Assembly: GCA_965285935.1 (NCBI GenBank)
Contig: OZ260667.1
Location: forward strand, 25,978,001 to 26,042,000
Direction: 5' to 3'
Origin: Ophelia neglecta
Taxonomy: Eukaryota
Length of the DNA: 64,000 bases
Shown: positions 33,701-46,800 of the stretch, one piece after another
How positions within the stretch are numbered: the first letter of the stretch is position 1
Layout: the number at the start of each line of letters is the position of its first letter
Position numbers and translations under genes: made by a program
Notes under the pieces: generated by a model
Told to the model about the DNA's origin: nothing
The model's database searches: none
What the model saw: only the letters and a program-made list of their open reading frames with translations

Positions 33701-36700
33701 AAGATGTGGCGTTAATTTCGTCGGAGCGCTCAAATAATGCTTTGGCAAATCAATAAGCTTAAAAGGGAACATTGCATTCATTCATTTTCATTTGTGTTTC
33801 GCAAATAAAGTATTTCATTTAATATGACCTGCACAAAGAGTGGCACTTGCAGCGAGTTCAGGAATTCTTCCAGTTTATCACTGATCGCAACTTTTAAGTC
33901 TCCCTCGACAATACTTTTCTAATTACAACAAGGACAAGTCTAACAGAGGTCACAATGTATAATCTGCTTCCAAAAAACGGCAGTTCACAGTTTCGTTAAT
34001 TAAGAAATCATCCCGTTACAAGTGAAAAACATCCGGCCAGTAAATACAGCATCGTTTTGATATGATAAGCATATTCATGTGATTTAAACAATTCTGACGT
34101 TGTATATCCTTTGACATACAATCGGTAGCTGTCAGGGGTAATCTTGTGTGTGATATTTGCCTTTATACATTAGAAACCTTTTTTTGTGCCACCTGTTAAC
34201 GTCATAGGCTCTGAAATGAATAACACTAAGGCCGGTTTTTTGGTTTCAGCCAGTAATGATCCGGGCTTAGTAAATATAATATGGACGAGGATACATAACT
34301 CACAGACAGGCTGTCCCTTGACAAAGTCTACCATCGAGGGTGCTCGTTATATATATATTCGTCGTTAAAGAGTTTATGATGATATAATGGGCCGATGGGA
34401 CCCAGGTTAACTAGTGTTTCTGGTCATAGTTACAGCAGATAAACAAGAAGCTATATGGGTAATATACTAAGTGATAAAGTTGTTCGCCTCGGACCCGCCT
34501 CCAATGATTTATCAGGTGCCTATCGATATCTATTATATGAGTTTTGAATTTACAAGGATGTGAGTTTTGAATGCATATCTTACACATTACTGACGCCAGA
34601 GGAGCTCACACAGTTCCTTGGGGCTTCCGTTGGCCAATGTGATTAATCAGCTAGCTCCGCAAATCAGGTCCAGTGGGCATTGTCAACCCCAAGAGGCACT
34701 GGGCCCCAGGAGTATTGCAGTCCTCACTCAAAGGCACAGAGCTCTAGGAGCATAACGGTTTAGGCATGTACCAACACCCGTGGCAGTATTTCAGAGTATG
34801 TAGCAGCTGCAGAAGCAATGCACCGAAAAACCTAATTGCTTGTGTCTCCGAAAAGGTCTTGTAGACAGAAAGAATGACTGGTAGTTCTATGGGAACGTCT
34901 GTAATTTCCTTTCCCAGAGACATGACATGTGGTCGCCAGCCGGGTCGACATTTTTTTTTGCAATCAATGTATTGCTGCCTAAAATAAATTACATATATAT
35001 TTGGACATTATAAAGTAAGGCAGTAAGAAATGATAACTTTCTTTCTCATATTTCAATTGCTAACGGCTTAATTTTAGACAACAGAAATGCCTCACTACTA
35101 TATGTTAGATATATTGTCATAAACTTTGATGTTCATGTTTACGTTTGATATTGCCTAATCTATGTAAAACTCTCCAGACACAATCAAGAACTGACAAGCT
35201 TGTTTAAGACCATTTAGAACTCTTTGAAGCTGATGTATGGCTCAACCATCTGACACTGCAGCTTCCTTATCCTTAACATCACAAACAAATACGTCTCCCA
35301 TAAGAGGTAAAACAAGGATTCGAAGTCTTTGCTGCGACCACATAAGTTCAGAGCACCACATAAGTACTTGGTTTTGCATGTAATCTGCATATTGCTTGAT
35401 GAATGGCGATAGAAACTGCAGACAAAGGCTAATCAATAGTCATGGATAACCCATGAGTTATGCCAAGTCCACCAGGAATGTTAAAGGCAACATGCTATAC
35501 AGCAACTATTAAATTTACGTCACATACTGTAGATATAAGACAATTTTGATGAAGGATTTTCCGATGATGATTTAGCAAATTATGCTTGGCGCTTTGGCCA
35601 GTAATCTGTTTTATACGGTCGGGGAGCACTTTAGATATCGGGCGGACAAAGCAAGTGAAATATATGCATTCGTCTCTAGAATGAATTCTCGAACAAATAG
35701 AATGTATGTACATAAGGAAGTTGCTCGTCTGTAGAATGAATTTCATGCTGGATTTATGTAAATTCAAATTTACATATTTATATAAATCTGGCCGTGGTTA
35801 GACAAGAGAGTCTGAATAAAGGCAGAAAACTTTGAGCTAAGAAGACGATGCCAGTTTTCAGACCAGTTTATTTGGAAATAAATGAGCATATGCTTGAATC
35901 TGAGAACTAAACGGTTTTTTTGCGTATTGCGTTAAAGAATGTCAAACATACCTTCATGCCTAAGTATTTACGTCTATTTTGCTTAAGTCAGATAATCAAA
36001 CAAACCGGAAAGGGGAAAAGTGCAAGTTACTTATTAAACAAGATGTTTCAACGTTAACAAATATATATACTATCTTTGTCACATGATATCTTACTTCAGT
36101 CAAGTATGAATGACATTCCACTCTTCATGGCAAAGATTATAGCTTTCATCTAAACCGTTATGGTAGTGTCACACAACATATCAACTTATAAACATATCTG
36201 CAGAACGGATTATTCCAAAATATTTTGTTGATCATAGATTGAGAGGATCGATTCAGTCGGGATTTTAGATATGGGAATGGATAATCGCCAGACAAAAGAA
36301 GTATGATGGTTGCACTGGGAAAAAATGCCTCTCCTGCACATTGAATCATAAACAAAGATCAATTGTGAACAAGATCTGTGAATTCGGAAATCGAATGGCG
36401 ATTGCATTAATAGTATATAGATGTTTTATAATTAAGGCAGGGTTGTCCTAGAAATGGGGTCAACTGTAAGAAAGTGAATTCTTGTTATAAGGATAAATAA
36501 ATTTGGCAAGACAACTTTCCAATCAGGTCGTCCTTGTGGAAGCTCCTACTCTACAAGAAAAGGCCACACAAAAGTAAAAGAGAGCTAATTGTATACATTC
36601 GAACAAACACAACTATGCTGAAGGCAAATGGATTTAGATATATATAAAGTAAGCTGATAGAGCACTATATAGCTATTCTCAGATACAGGCAGACCTTGCA

Positions 36701-39700
36701 TTTGAGAGTTGATCATAAAAACCTCTTATAATTCTAAAGTTGGGTCAGCCTAAAATAACTACAACGATAACGTTTTTTATCACACAGTCTATCATCCTAA
36801 CGACCCGTTATGTGTCGGTATTTCGTGTCTTTTATATTTGTAACTTCCCTTAAAAATGTTCTGTAAAGCATATGTTATCCTGCATTTCAACACAAACCGG
36901 CCATTTTGCTGCAATCATTTTCTAATAAATTGTTTATTTGGTTAAGTCAGCTCAATTTATGTGCATTAAGGTACAACGTTCCGGGCAACACATGTTTAAC
37001 ATCTAGCCATTTATGTCTCTTAAACATCGCTTTTACGGCCAGTGAAAGGAAACTCCTGTGGTTTGACAAGAAAACAGGTAAGCTCATGGTGCCAGGTTCT
37101 AGAGGCTAGACACTGGCTGGAAATCAAAATGTTATGTTCGCTCTTTTGAAACGTGTCGGAATCATCCACCCATGATTAGGAATATTTGTCTGCCATGTTA
37201 ACACTTCTTAAAATCAATCAGCCTCGATAAATACAAGCATTTCTCTTTTAATAAGCGAACTGAATGGCATACTAGAACATAGACTTAACTAATCGTATTA
37301 TAATATAACGTTATTGCCCGCACTTAATAATTAAGCAATTTATACCTTCAAAGTATGTTAACTTTTCCAAACTTCTAATGTGAAAAACAAAATACTCAAT
37401 AAATGTTAATAACCTAAGGTGTTTATATTTATCCAAATATACAGAAATCAATACTACCTCCACCGTCAGAACTGTGAAAAATACCATCCAATTATATGCA
37501 CAAGCTGGAATTTTAGCAAGATGGAAGGGGCAATAAGCAAGAACCGAAGGAAACTGACATAAAGGAAAAAGTGCACATTAACAATTTGGTTTGAAGTTAT
37601 CGATTATGTTTTGCCGCTGCTTAAGGTTTAATAATTGAGTTGTATCGGTGGGCGCAGATTGCATCCTTTTTGTCCATCATATGAGAAAGTCAACGGGAAA
37701 GGACAATATTAAGACCATTTCAGATCTGAGTCAGGACTAATACCAAGAAATAAAGTCGAGAATAATCTCTCGATACACTGACCATACAAACTTAATTCTG
37801 TTGAGCTAACTGCTCGCTTATTATATCGGGTAAATACAGTATATATTGTTTAGCATTCAGGGAAAGTTTGTTTGCAGTGGGCCATACAACTGAATTAATA
37901 AATGAATTAGGTTTTTTTAATGATATAAATAATTGAACAACGAATTGAAATTAGCTATCCCATAATGTGACCCAATGCCATCAAATAGTTTCTGTTAGTT
38001 TGCTTGAATTTGCACTGGGTGGTTAGCCCAAAGGGACAGCCCATTTGAAAGTTGCAAGAGGCTCGGCAAGGGTACCGGTGTCTTTAAGGCAAAGCGTCCA
38101 AACAGGGGCATCAAAACTGGAATACATTCATGCAAAAAATGGAGTCAGGCTATAATATATTCAAACTGACAAATTGATCATATTAAATCAGCTTCAAACA
38201 GTCAGACTTTAATGGTGTACACCATGAGTCACTGAGTGCAGGGTAGGTTTGACTGTAATTCATTATCTTTACTTGATAACATGTAGTACTTGATGTGGGT
38301 TTTAGCGTGAAATTGAGCATCTTACGCAGCATCTGATAAATAATCGTCTTAGAGCGGCGAACTACGGCCGAGCTAGACGAATTAAGGTACATTGTAACAT
38401 CTGCTACCATTGTGGTACACATTCCTATAATCAATATACTTTTACAACTTAAACTGAAATTTTCTATACCAGTGAGATTCAGTCAGCGATGGCATTCCCC
38501 GTAAGACAACCCATCATTGTCTGCACCACGACTCAGGTCATTGCGCACAATGAGACTCACAATGAGATTCCGACGGCTCGACAATTGCACTAATGTTTTG
38601 CATGGGTAGGCTCGGGGAGTTTCAGATCCTCTGAGGCACATGGCGATAAATAAAGTCGCAATGGTACGGTAAGAGACTAGTGTAAACACATAATTCATGT
38701 TTATAGCATAGGATTAGGCAGATATTATCAGATTGCTGATTCCATGCCATTTCCAGCAACAAATTATCAATCCTTTTTTTGGGTGGGGGGGGGGGTTGTA
38801 AATGATTAAAAGGGGACTAAAAATTTATCCTCCAGCTTGAAAAGAACTGCTAGGCTTTTTTAAAAATATTTTTCTGGAACCATTACACCAACCACAGAAA
38901 TCTACCTTTACATGAACAACTCCGAAATGTAAATGAATTCCGTAAGAAATAATGTTTATCATTACCCTGTTCGACCACCAACTGAATCAGATAAAGCTGC
39001 CTTAGGTTGACGTTGTCCTAGAGTGTAGTAAGAGAACTTTTCTGAAAGCTGTGCCACTTGGCAGTCAACATCATGATCCCCATCCAAGGGCCTTTATAAC
39101 AAACCCGGGGACATGCATTAACTTCTAATTGAAGATATAAGCCAACACAAGTTCAGTGCATATATTTATTTCATCTTTGCATAAAGGTAGCTTTAATACA
39201 CTTACGGCATTACGACTGTGAAAACACAAGCAGCTACTGTATTCCTTTGAGCTCTATAGGATCGAAGAATATGATTTCAAAATGAAATAGAAAATTTGTA
39301 CACAAAATATATTATTAACTACAGAACAAAAACTAACAACAGTTGACATGCTGTCAATATAAAGATTTTAGGCAACAAAATTAGGAATGTGCCGGCAATA
39401 TTTATATGCAAAACAATGAGATATATATTTATAGTAACATCATAGTCGGCAAAAAGCATCATTAGCTCAACAGGCCGATGTGTTCCCTCTCTGCCAGCCA
39501 ACATCTCACCTTTCATAATTACATGTATATAAATAATTATGAGCCGGACTTGGCCGGTAAAAAAACTTTATTCTCTTTTCATGACGAAATAACGTTGGTT
39601 AATATTAAAGATTTTCAATTTTGGGCACATCTGGTGTACTTTTCTTAGTCCCCGATTACATTCCAATTGTCTTTGATTATTGTCTAAATTGCTATATTTT

Positions 39701-42700
39701 GGGATGATTTTGAGTGATATGGCCGTTCGAGCATTTAACCCCACGATGGTCAAATGAAGACAAATAATATGCAATAAAAACAATGTTCAAGCCGTCTCGA
39801 CAGAACCATGACATTTTAGAGGGGATAGTTGTGCATCATATTACTTCCGGCCATGAATTCCAATCGGAAATTGGCCCGCTGTAACAAAAGAAGTGCCTAC
39901 TTCAGGAACTATTAATTTGTGTGGTGGGACTAAGCGCTTTCTTACGGGTCGTTTTCGTACTTTACATTTTGAACTCTATCATATTTCTACGCACTTAAAA
40001 GGGAGTGGATACCCGGGAGAAAAAAGCAAAATCATTATTCTAGAATAGTCCATTTAATCGGCACGAAATCAACAGAACCCTGCAGCAACTGCAAAATAAA
40101 AATTGATATCACCTACAGTAAGAAGAAGTCAATATTCTTTAATGATGCGAGTCCGATCACAAAAAAACCGAATAAGTGGTCAAGGTAGAACAGAGATAAA
40201 AAGTGTTCCCGAAGAGTGGCTAAGATGGTGTTGGCTCTTTCAGAATATTAAGACACCATAACTGAATGTGTCTCAGTAAACACAAAACCAAAGAGGGGTT
40301 TACTAAAGAAGAAAACAGAGATCAAATCTTCTCGATAGTACTTTTAACTTTACGTATACTTACGTAAAGTCAACCAGATACGCTTTTATGATAGAACACG
40401 TGAATCTACACCCTAAGTTTGTATATCAGTATGAAGCAGATGCACATGGCCCCAGCCCTAGAATCAGCGGAATTGGTCACTGCGTGTGTGTTAAATCAAT
40501 GGTAACAAAAACCTGCTCATGAGCAGCCTTAAGGCGAGTCTTTCTCTCTCCACCCTTATAATATAATATTATAAAAAAGTAACATATTTAGTGCCTAGGT
40601 TTTTTAAAACAAACAGCCATCTAAGCTATAATTAAGTAAAGTTTATGCTCCATAATATTACTTGTCACCATAGATAATACTATCTATAAAGAATTATGCC
40701 TAGCATTAATATCGATGTTGAATGTATTGCTGAACATCTAAGTATTCGCGTCACATAAATTAGTGTCCATGCGCACCTGTTATTAAGCAAATGCAGAGAT
40801 GTGGTGCAACATCAAAATGACACGTTAACAAATAATACTGAAAGTATACATGGTAGATAACTAAAAATAAGCTTTTTCATTTTGAAGGTTATGTCACATT
40901 TCTTGTTTAAAATATTAGTGTACGTTTTTTCCCACCAACGTTTGAAAGAACCTCCTCAGCATGACTTGTTAATACCTGCTTAAGTGAACAGTGGTAATAA
41001 GAAAATTAAAAATATTCTTTTTTGCTTAGTTCTTCAGGCGGTAAGACAATACGTTTTCTGTAACGTGATATAGTCCAGTTGGGAACATATACATTTTCGG
41101 GCGTTTGCTAGACTTGGTGTTTACTAGTATACCTAATACTAGTAGATAAGGCAAGGAACTACACGCCCCTAAGATTTGGCAGTTGTATACGTTATAGAAA
41201 GCAGTTGCACAAAGCCTAGTATTTATCTTAATAAACCAAATGAAAAAAAGCGTGGGTCTGGTATTGATGATTTTAGCGTGATGACATCTCTATTTACTAT
41301 CACCTGTAGGGCGACGGAAGCACTTTAACGTTTCTACCTCCACACCGAATTAAATAATCCATTTGGTCTACATATATTGTAGAAGATGACGCCACTTATT
41401 ATCCTATGATAATATTAATTAGAATATATCAATTACACCATGCGAACTAATGACAGGAACAATGGTATGTATTCACAGGGGATGCGGTGTTCCAGTATGA
41501 TTAAGTGTTACCAATGTTAGCAGGTTAGCACACATGGCACTTATACCCGTGTGAGATGTAACGCGTTTAAATTATGGAAACTAGCTGTTTCTGCATAAAG
41601 ATTGGGATATAATGATCATGTTTATTTATTTGAACCTGTGACTCTAGTTCTCCAAATGTATTGTGACTAGTTATTAGTTATGTTTTTTAGAACTGTGAAC
41701 CAATCTAGGTCAAACAAGCTTATTAGTTTTATTACTTTGAGGAATTAAGTGACACAGACTGATATTGATCATTTACTACATTTTTATCTATTGCAGCAAA
41801 CTTTGGAATTAGCACGAAGCTGTTTTTTCACTGAATGACTAATTTAATATATTCATGACAAAAACATTAAAAGTAGAAGGAAGCCTTTCTGTATGCATGA
41901 TCATGTTATTAAATTCGAAATAAAGTTCTTTGGTTGTCCCGTCTTAGCAGAAACAATTTTTTCTACTATTATATTCGTCTGCCATCGATGTCCTATTTTT
42001 ATTAGAAGACGCCAAATAACCGCCTTGGTGTTGACTTGCAGCGATAACGAAAAATGCTCACGCGCCATGTGTTGGCCGTCTCAGATCACACCAATCGATC
42101 TCCTTTATCAATCAATGAACCCAAAATAAGCTAAGACACCTCATTTTGAGTATGAGCACGTATCTACCACCTGTTTAATAAACAAAAATCAATTTGCCTT
42201 TGTTCTATTTTGCGTTTTGGGAAGTTCCAAATATTTTCATGTGTATCATATGTCAATGGAAGAAATAAAACTACCACAAAACCTCCAAATCCCAATATTG
42301 GGCAGAAATATCCCAAATTAAATGTAAACCGGTATATTTTCGTAAACTGGAATTTTTTTGCAAAATACGTTAAAACTTCCTGTATGCGGTTTCCTTACGC
42401 TTCGCGAAAATTTATTGGCTTTCGGTGTTGCCCTTAACCCCTTTCTTTCCGGACACATCTTCATTTGTAGTGAATTCATAGAAGATACAGAAGGGAATGG
42501 TGAACAAGACGCGGTAATTAAATGTCCAATTCACTTCAAAAATAAGGATCAGCAGAGCCTATATTCATACTAATAATCGTCTGTTTCCATTTATATGTTT
42601 CTTCATAAAGCTAATTGGTTTTCTTATAGATCATTGGAATACCCCTATACCATATCTCTAGTGTGGAACGTAACTCATTAGTGAAATGAACAAATTATGC

Positions 42701-43230
42701 AAGGGAATAATGAAATTCTTTAATATTTTTTATTGAGCAATTATGAGTTAAATGTGCACAGTATATTTTTAATTTCCTAGTTGCACAAAATGGATTAGTG
42801 TGGAGGCGCTGTACCATGAAACAGTAGCATCCTTAATATGATCACCGCCCTATCATGACGAAACAAATTATCGCATTTCTCAAATTTGCGTATATAGTAG
42901 GATAAACTTACTGCTCATCATATCTTATGTTGGTCTGTTATTGCCTTATTTTTTATTATTACCTTATCCGAACCTAAACCTGTTCTACCAAAAGATGAGG
43001 TAAATGTTCTGAGTAATATAATTGTCCTACAGATGATAATAAGCGGTTAGCAAATTATACGTTAAATTTGCATGCTGTTTAGAGCTTTTAAAACTTCAAG
43101 TTCATACCGAACCCGGGTTTATGTTCGTTCTCCTTCCCTCTGGAACTGGAACGTTAAACATAGATTTTAACTAGCACCATGCATCAACGAGAACATCTTA
43201 TCCCTTATGTGTATAACAAACGTCACCATG

Positions 43231-43891
43231 TCATCTTTGAGCTGCTGCCGACTCGGGAAGTGTCACCGTCAATCGGCCAGGGTTTGGTGAGGTCACTGTA
43301 ACAGGAATAATATTTGCGCCAGGATCATTTGGCACTAGATCGGGGCTGCTACATTTCCCGTAAGGGTCTTCACTGCTGTCGACCTGTCGGCAGCTTGACT
43401 GTACTTTCGGCTTGCGCAAAACTCCTGGGCGAGGGTCATCAACCCGGAAGGACCTTAGTGATCTCGAGCTGTCGTAAACGCGGTTGCCATCCAACTCGCC
43501 GCAATCGTGGTCAGCGTTCACTGGAATTGTGTTGATGATATTTCGACCCCCTCGGAGATTCTCTTGACTGGTTGCTACACTGTGATTGCACAGGGCCCCA
43601 GCCAAAGAACCAGGACTTACTGCCTGACCAGGCCCAGCCACAGAACTTCCCCTGATGAAGTTGCTATGGAAACCCATGCAAGAACCAATCTCATGCATTT
43701 CACAAATATCAGTGTAGTCTCCACCACTTGCCCGGAAGAGCGGCTGGGGCTTGCCGAGCATTGGAAGTCTCTCCTCATGGCCATGGAGCATCTTGGAGGA
43801 GATGGTACGCGTGTGGCCATAAGGGTCCTCCACCACCTGGAGTTTGGTCTGGGGACTAGATACCGAGTCTTGTCCCCGCCGTTTGCGACGT
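43231..43891 (-). CDS. Paralog 2 exon 9: cytoplasmic tail
   Basis: Within track ORF 43231..43926, tttcag acceptor, RRKRR stop-transfer, motifs shared with the paralog 1 tail. Confidence 0.88.
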
Positions 43892-46800
43892 CTGAAATAT
43901 GAATAATTCATAAACAAATGATTCATGAAGCAATAGACGTCAATTAATAGCTAGATAGAGTTATTGAAATGCATCTTGATTAAAAACCAATTGGTCAAAT
44001 AATCAAATTCACCAAATGTATATCATTCTAACACAACACTGAAAATTTGTGCTGAGTTCGAGATAATATACTTGTTAGAATGAAATGTTTTTTTTTGCAG
44101 ATGAACATTCATGTAGGAGATTGAGTAATTTAATTAAAAGATAGATATAACATATTACCTACCTTCTTATGAACATCACGCAAATGATCATAATGGCTAT
44201 ATACACGACGATCACCAAGGCAACGCCTAATATAATAACCAATGAGATACCTGAGCAGAAACAGAAGAACAAGCCATTAGCATTTATTAATGCATAACCT
44301 CAATAAATTTACGCAAATTATTTCTTATATATTTGTTATTTACTATAATGTTAACTCTTGTTAATAAGTTTTCTGATACGCACTTTTGTATTGAATTTTT
44401 GTTAAAGACACTACTCACTACAGTGTTTTATTTGCAAGTTAGGAAAAAGGAACTGTCAAAACGAGGACATTCACTTAGCTAATTAAACTTATTGGATATC
44501 TGAAAAAAGGAACAGTTGGCAAATGTGGCCAAGAAATCTTTAACTATTTTCATTATCCCAGTCGTGGCCAATAGTGTGACACGGAGCCTGGCGTCTTCTT
44601 TGATGCTTACTTCATGTTTCAAGGTTAGATATGCATACCTGACAACCTTCACGGCGTTTGGGGATTATTTTTCGTAATTATTGAAAGTGTTATGCATTTG
44701 GGTTTTTGGTAATTCGCACGTGTGGCTCATAGCTAGGCAGATGAGTCAAGCCCAAACATGGAGCCACCAAAAAGATTGTTAAAGACACGATACAGGACCG
44801 TAATAAGAACATAATACGGATTAGATTATTCATAGACATGCTTAAAACTGCTCGTTACCAATTGGTTTTAAGTGACCTGTCACATCAGAGGTAGCATTAT
44901 GTATATCTCGGATGTAAGACAGAAACATAGTCTTTAATATTAAGGTAGGTAAGACAAAGGTCCTCAGTGTGAAACTTAGGCACATACCTTTATGTATAAG
45001 TGTGCGTTAAACATATGGGAATAACTATTGTTATCACACCAAAGACGATGGCTCATCTACGGTGATAAGTTATATGCACCTTACGTGACGTACAGGATAG
45101 AAAGACGAGTTTCAAAATTGACATGACTACCCGTAGGTGGTTGTTGTTTATCGATCGCCACGAATTTGGATGAACATTACTCAAAACGAAAAGAGAGCTC
45201 GAGATACTGCATCTTCTGACGGAATTTAGTGGTGAAATACCCAGCATGTAAGGGAGAGTTTATAACGATTTTTTTTAATTCCTGTACCTATGAGTGTTTT
45301 TTTGTCTTCATGGCAATATATATGTTGAAAGCCCTTTCGGGGCCTACTCGCAATATGGGCTAAAGACTAAATCCAATCCAGTAACATTCCCTAGATAGAT
45401 GTGGAATTTAAAAAAAAAACTCCATAGTATTTCATAGTAAACAATGTTCACATAGGACCATGGCATAAAATTCTACTATATTGTTCTGGAACTTTGGGTG
45501 GGAGAATATCTAGCTTGCTGGCAAATACGCCCGAAAGCTAATCACAGAGGAAGTGGAAGGGGCATAATTATTTAGTTTTACCCTATTCGATGAGTAACAC
45601 ACCACAACAAGAAACCCATTTCTAGCTAGCTTGCGTAGGATACCATGTGACAATTAAACAGTGGGCAAGTCTTCTGGATGAATTATCTTTCACATTTCAC
45701 ATTTGCTTAGCATTGTCCGTCGCGTTCTCATTTCAGTTTATAATGTGGTATGGGGTATCTATTTGTTCTTTAAAATAAAAAAATTGTTGTTCACTGTTTT
45801 TAATATTGAAATATTTGTCAAATACATTCTATTTTTTTTAAAGCGATGGTGTTCTTAAATCTTTAAATAGTGCTTTGCCTGTAGGCGAAAAGAAATTGGT
45901 ATTCACCTATTGGAGGCAATCCTCCAAATGTTTCTTCATTTGACGAGTCCTGCGGTTTTTGAAGTTTGGAATCAGCTGAAAATAAAACAATAAAATAATA
46001 AGTTCTTGGAATAGCTGTTCACTAGTCAGTATTGCACAAAATCTAAATATAAACACTGGCTCAGGAATCCACCAAAGTGCTTTCACCTCTGGTGCTCATC
46101 AAGCAATACTCTCGTCGGGTAGGGTTTCCAAACGAGGCTATGAGGTCGACAGAAACTAAACAATGGAGGCTAATATTCAATCTCAATAGAGACAAATGGT
46201 GTTTTATTCTAGCTAGCACGGACATTCCATTAACCATTATCCGAACAAACACTTTTCAAAAGCAAGCATTTTTATAGTCTGAGACCCAGATCTCTTTCTC
46301 CACACATTGACTTATAAATCAAAGCACAGAATAGAGATCAGTTTACGCCTCATGGCAATCTGTATTAAATAAACCCGAGACAGTGTCAGAGCATTGTACA
46401 CCTCCCACTCCCTTGGTGGTAGTCTCTCTTTTGATATCCGTGGCTCATTAACTCCGTTTTGTTCGGGACACTGGTTCTCCTTTCTATGTATTGATCAGTT
46501 AATTAAAAGAGTGTATGTTTGATTAAGCACACAGTTGAGCGGTACTACGTTTGCCACAATTGTATTTCACATTCCGTTGGCATGTGTAGTTGATAGAACA
46601 AAGTCTGTCTGACACTTTTGTGGTATCGAAACTTGATCATGTTATCCAACAGACAGAGGTCATCGCCATCAACTGTTTGTATTAAATTTCTTCATAATCA
46701 TGATGGCCATATTTAAGCGAGCAAGCAGTAAAAATATATCAAAAATGCCTCAAAATGAAATAATCCTTAAAGCTACAATTGGTGTAATTTGCTCGTTTTT

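Noticed and set aside
40347-40370. Perfect 10-bp hairpin ACTTTACGTA-tact-TACGTAAAGT as a terminator or structured RNA
   Set aside because: AT-rich and isolated. Intrinsic terminators do not apply in this eukaryotic context, and chance or TE origin is likely.
24700-43200. A third paralog or pseudogene in the intergenic interval
   Set aside because: No SUEL, CUB, TM or tail-like exon was found by eye. A tBLASTn with the spliced proteins would be decisive.
43507-43902. Plus-strand ORFs over the last exons (also 4099..4573 and 4758..5063) and other short track ORFs
   Set aside because: They are antisense shadows of real exons or chance ORFs, with no recognisable domains or splice support.
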